A DNA stretch of 64,000 bases from Raillietiella orientalis. Its lineage: Eukaryota. The notes under the pieces are model-generated. The model was not told where the DNA came from and ran no database searches. It saw only the letters and a list, made by a program, of their open reading frames with translations. Every line of letters begins with the position of its first letter. Position 1 is the first letter of the stretch. Positions 63,812 to 64,000 of the stretch are shown one piece after another. The position numbers were made by a program, and so were the translations under genes. Location: NCBI GenBank assembly GCA_036172245.1, contig JAYWIR010000095.1:1-64000 (forward strand), given 5' to 3'.

Positions 63812-63920
63812 AGGACGGAGGGAGGAAGGGAGGGGGAAAGGAGGAAGAGGAGGAGGAGGGGGAAGAAAGGGAAGGAAGAAGGGAGGAAGAGAAGAAGGAA
63901 GAAGAGGAGGAAGAGGAAGG
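63812..63920. repeat. polypurine (GGA/GAA) low-complexity tract
   Basis: Directly visible. Confidence 0.9.
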
Positions 63921-64000
63921 ATATCTTTTCTGGGAAGGATATCAGGGTTTTAAAAGCGAAGGGCGTAGAAAGAAACATGGGGGACAGGTCCTGCAAAGGG

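Overview
Eukaryotic, repeat-rich genomic DNA, probably from an invertebrate animal (Met-Cys-start actin with short GT-AG introns, plus L1/Tx1-type retrotransposon debris). I can support no intact protein-coding gene, rRNA gene or CRISPR array. Main contents: (1) a ~33-copy 72-bp tandem satellite (1.4-3.75 kb) whose unit carries a perfect 8-bp hairpin and a partial HDV-like-ribozyme motif order, flanked by a degenerate inverted repeat; (2) at least seven, probably eight, 5'-truncated and decayed copies of one L1/Tx1-like non-LTR family (A-H). Seven end in AAATAAACGCCCCGG-N4-5-CCGGGTG (a GC hairpin after the poly(A) signal, with no real poly(A) tail), two are nested antisense inside other copies, and one abuts a tRNA-like sequence; (3) a second zf-RVT LINE fragment; (4) an intron-retaining actin pseudogene; (5) several fold-back or templated-insertion scars at lesion junctions. 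All homology calls come from by-eye motif recognition, not database searches. Boundaries not fixed by a TSD are approximate. Most of 19-28 kb, 36-44 kb and 45-58 kb is uninterpretable to me.
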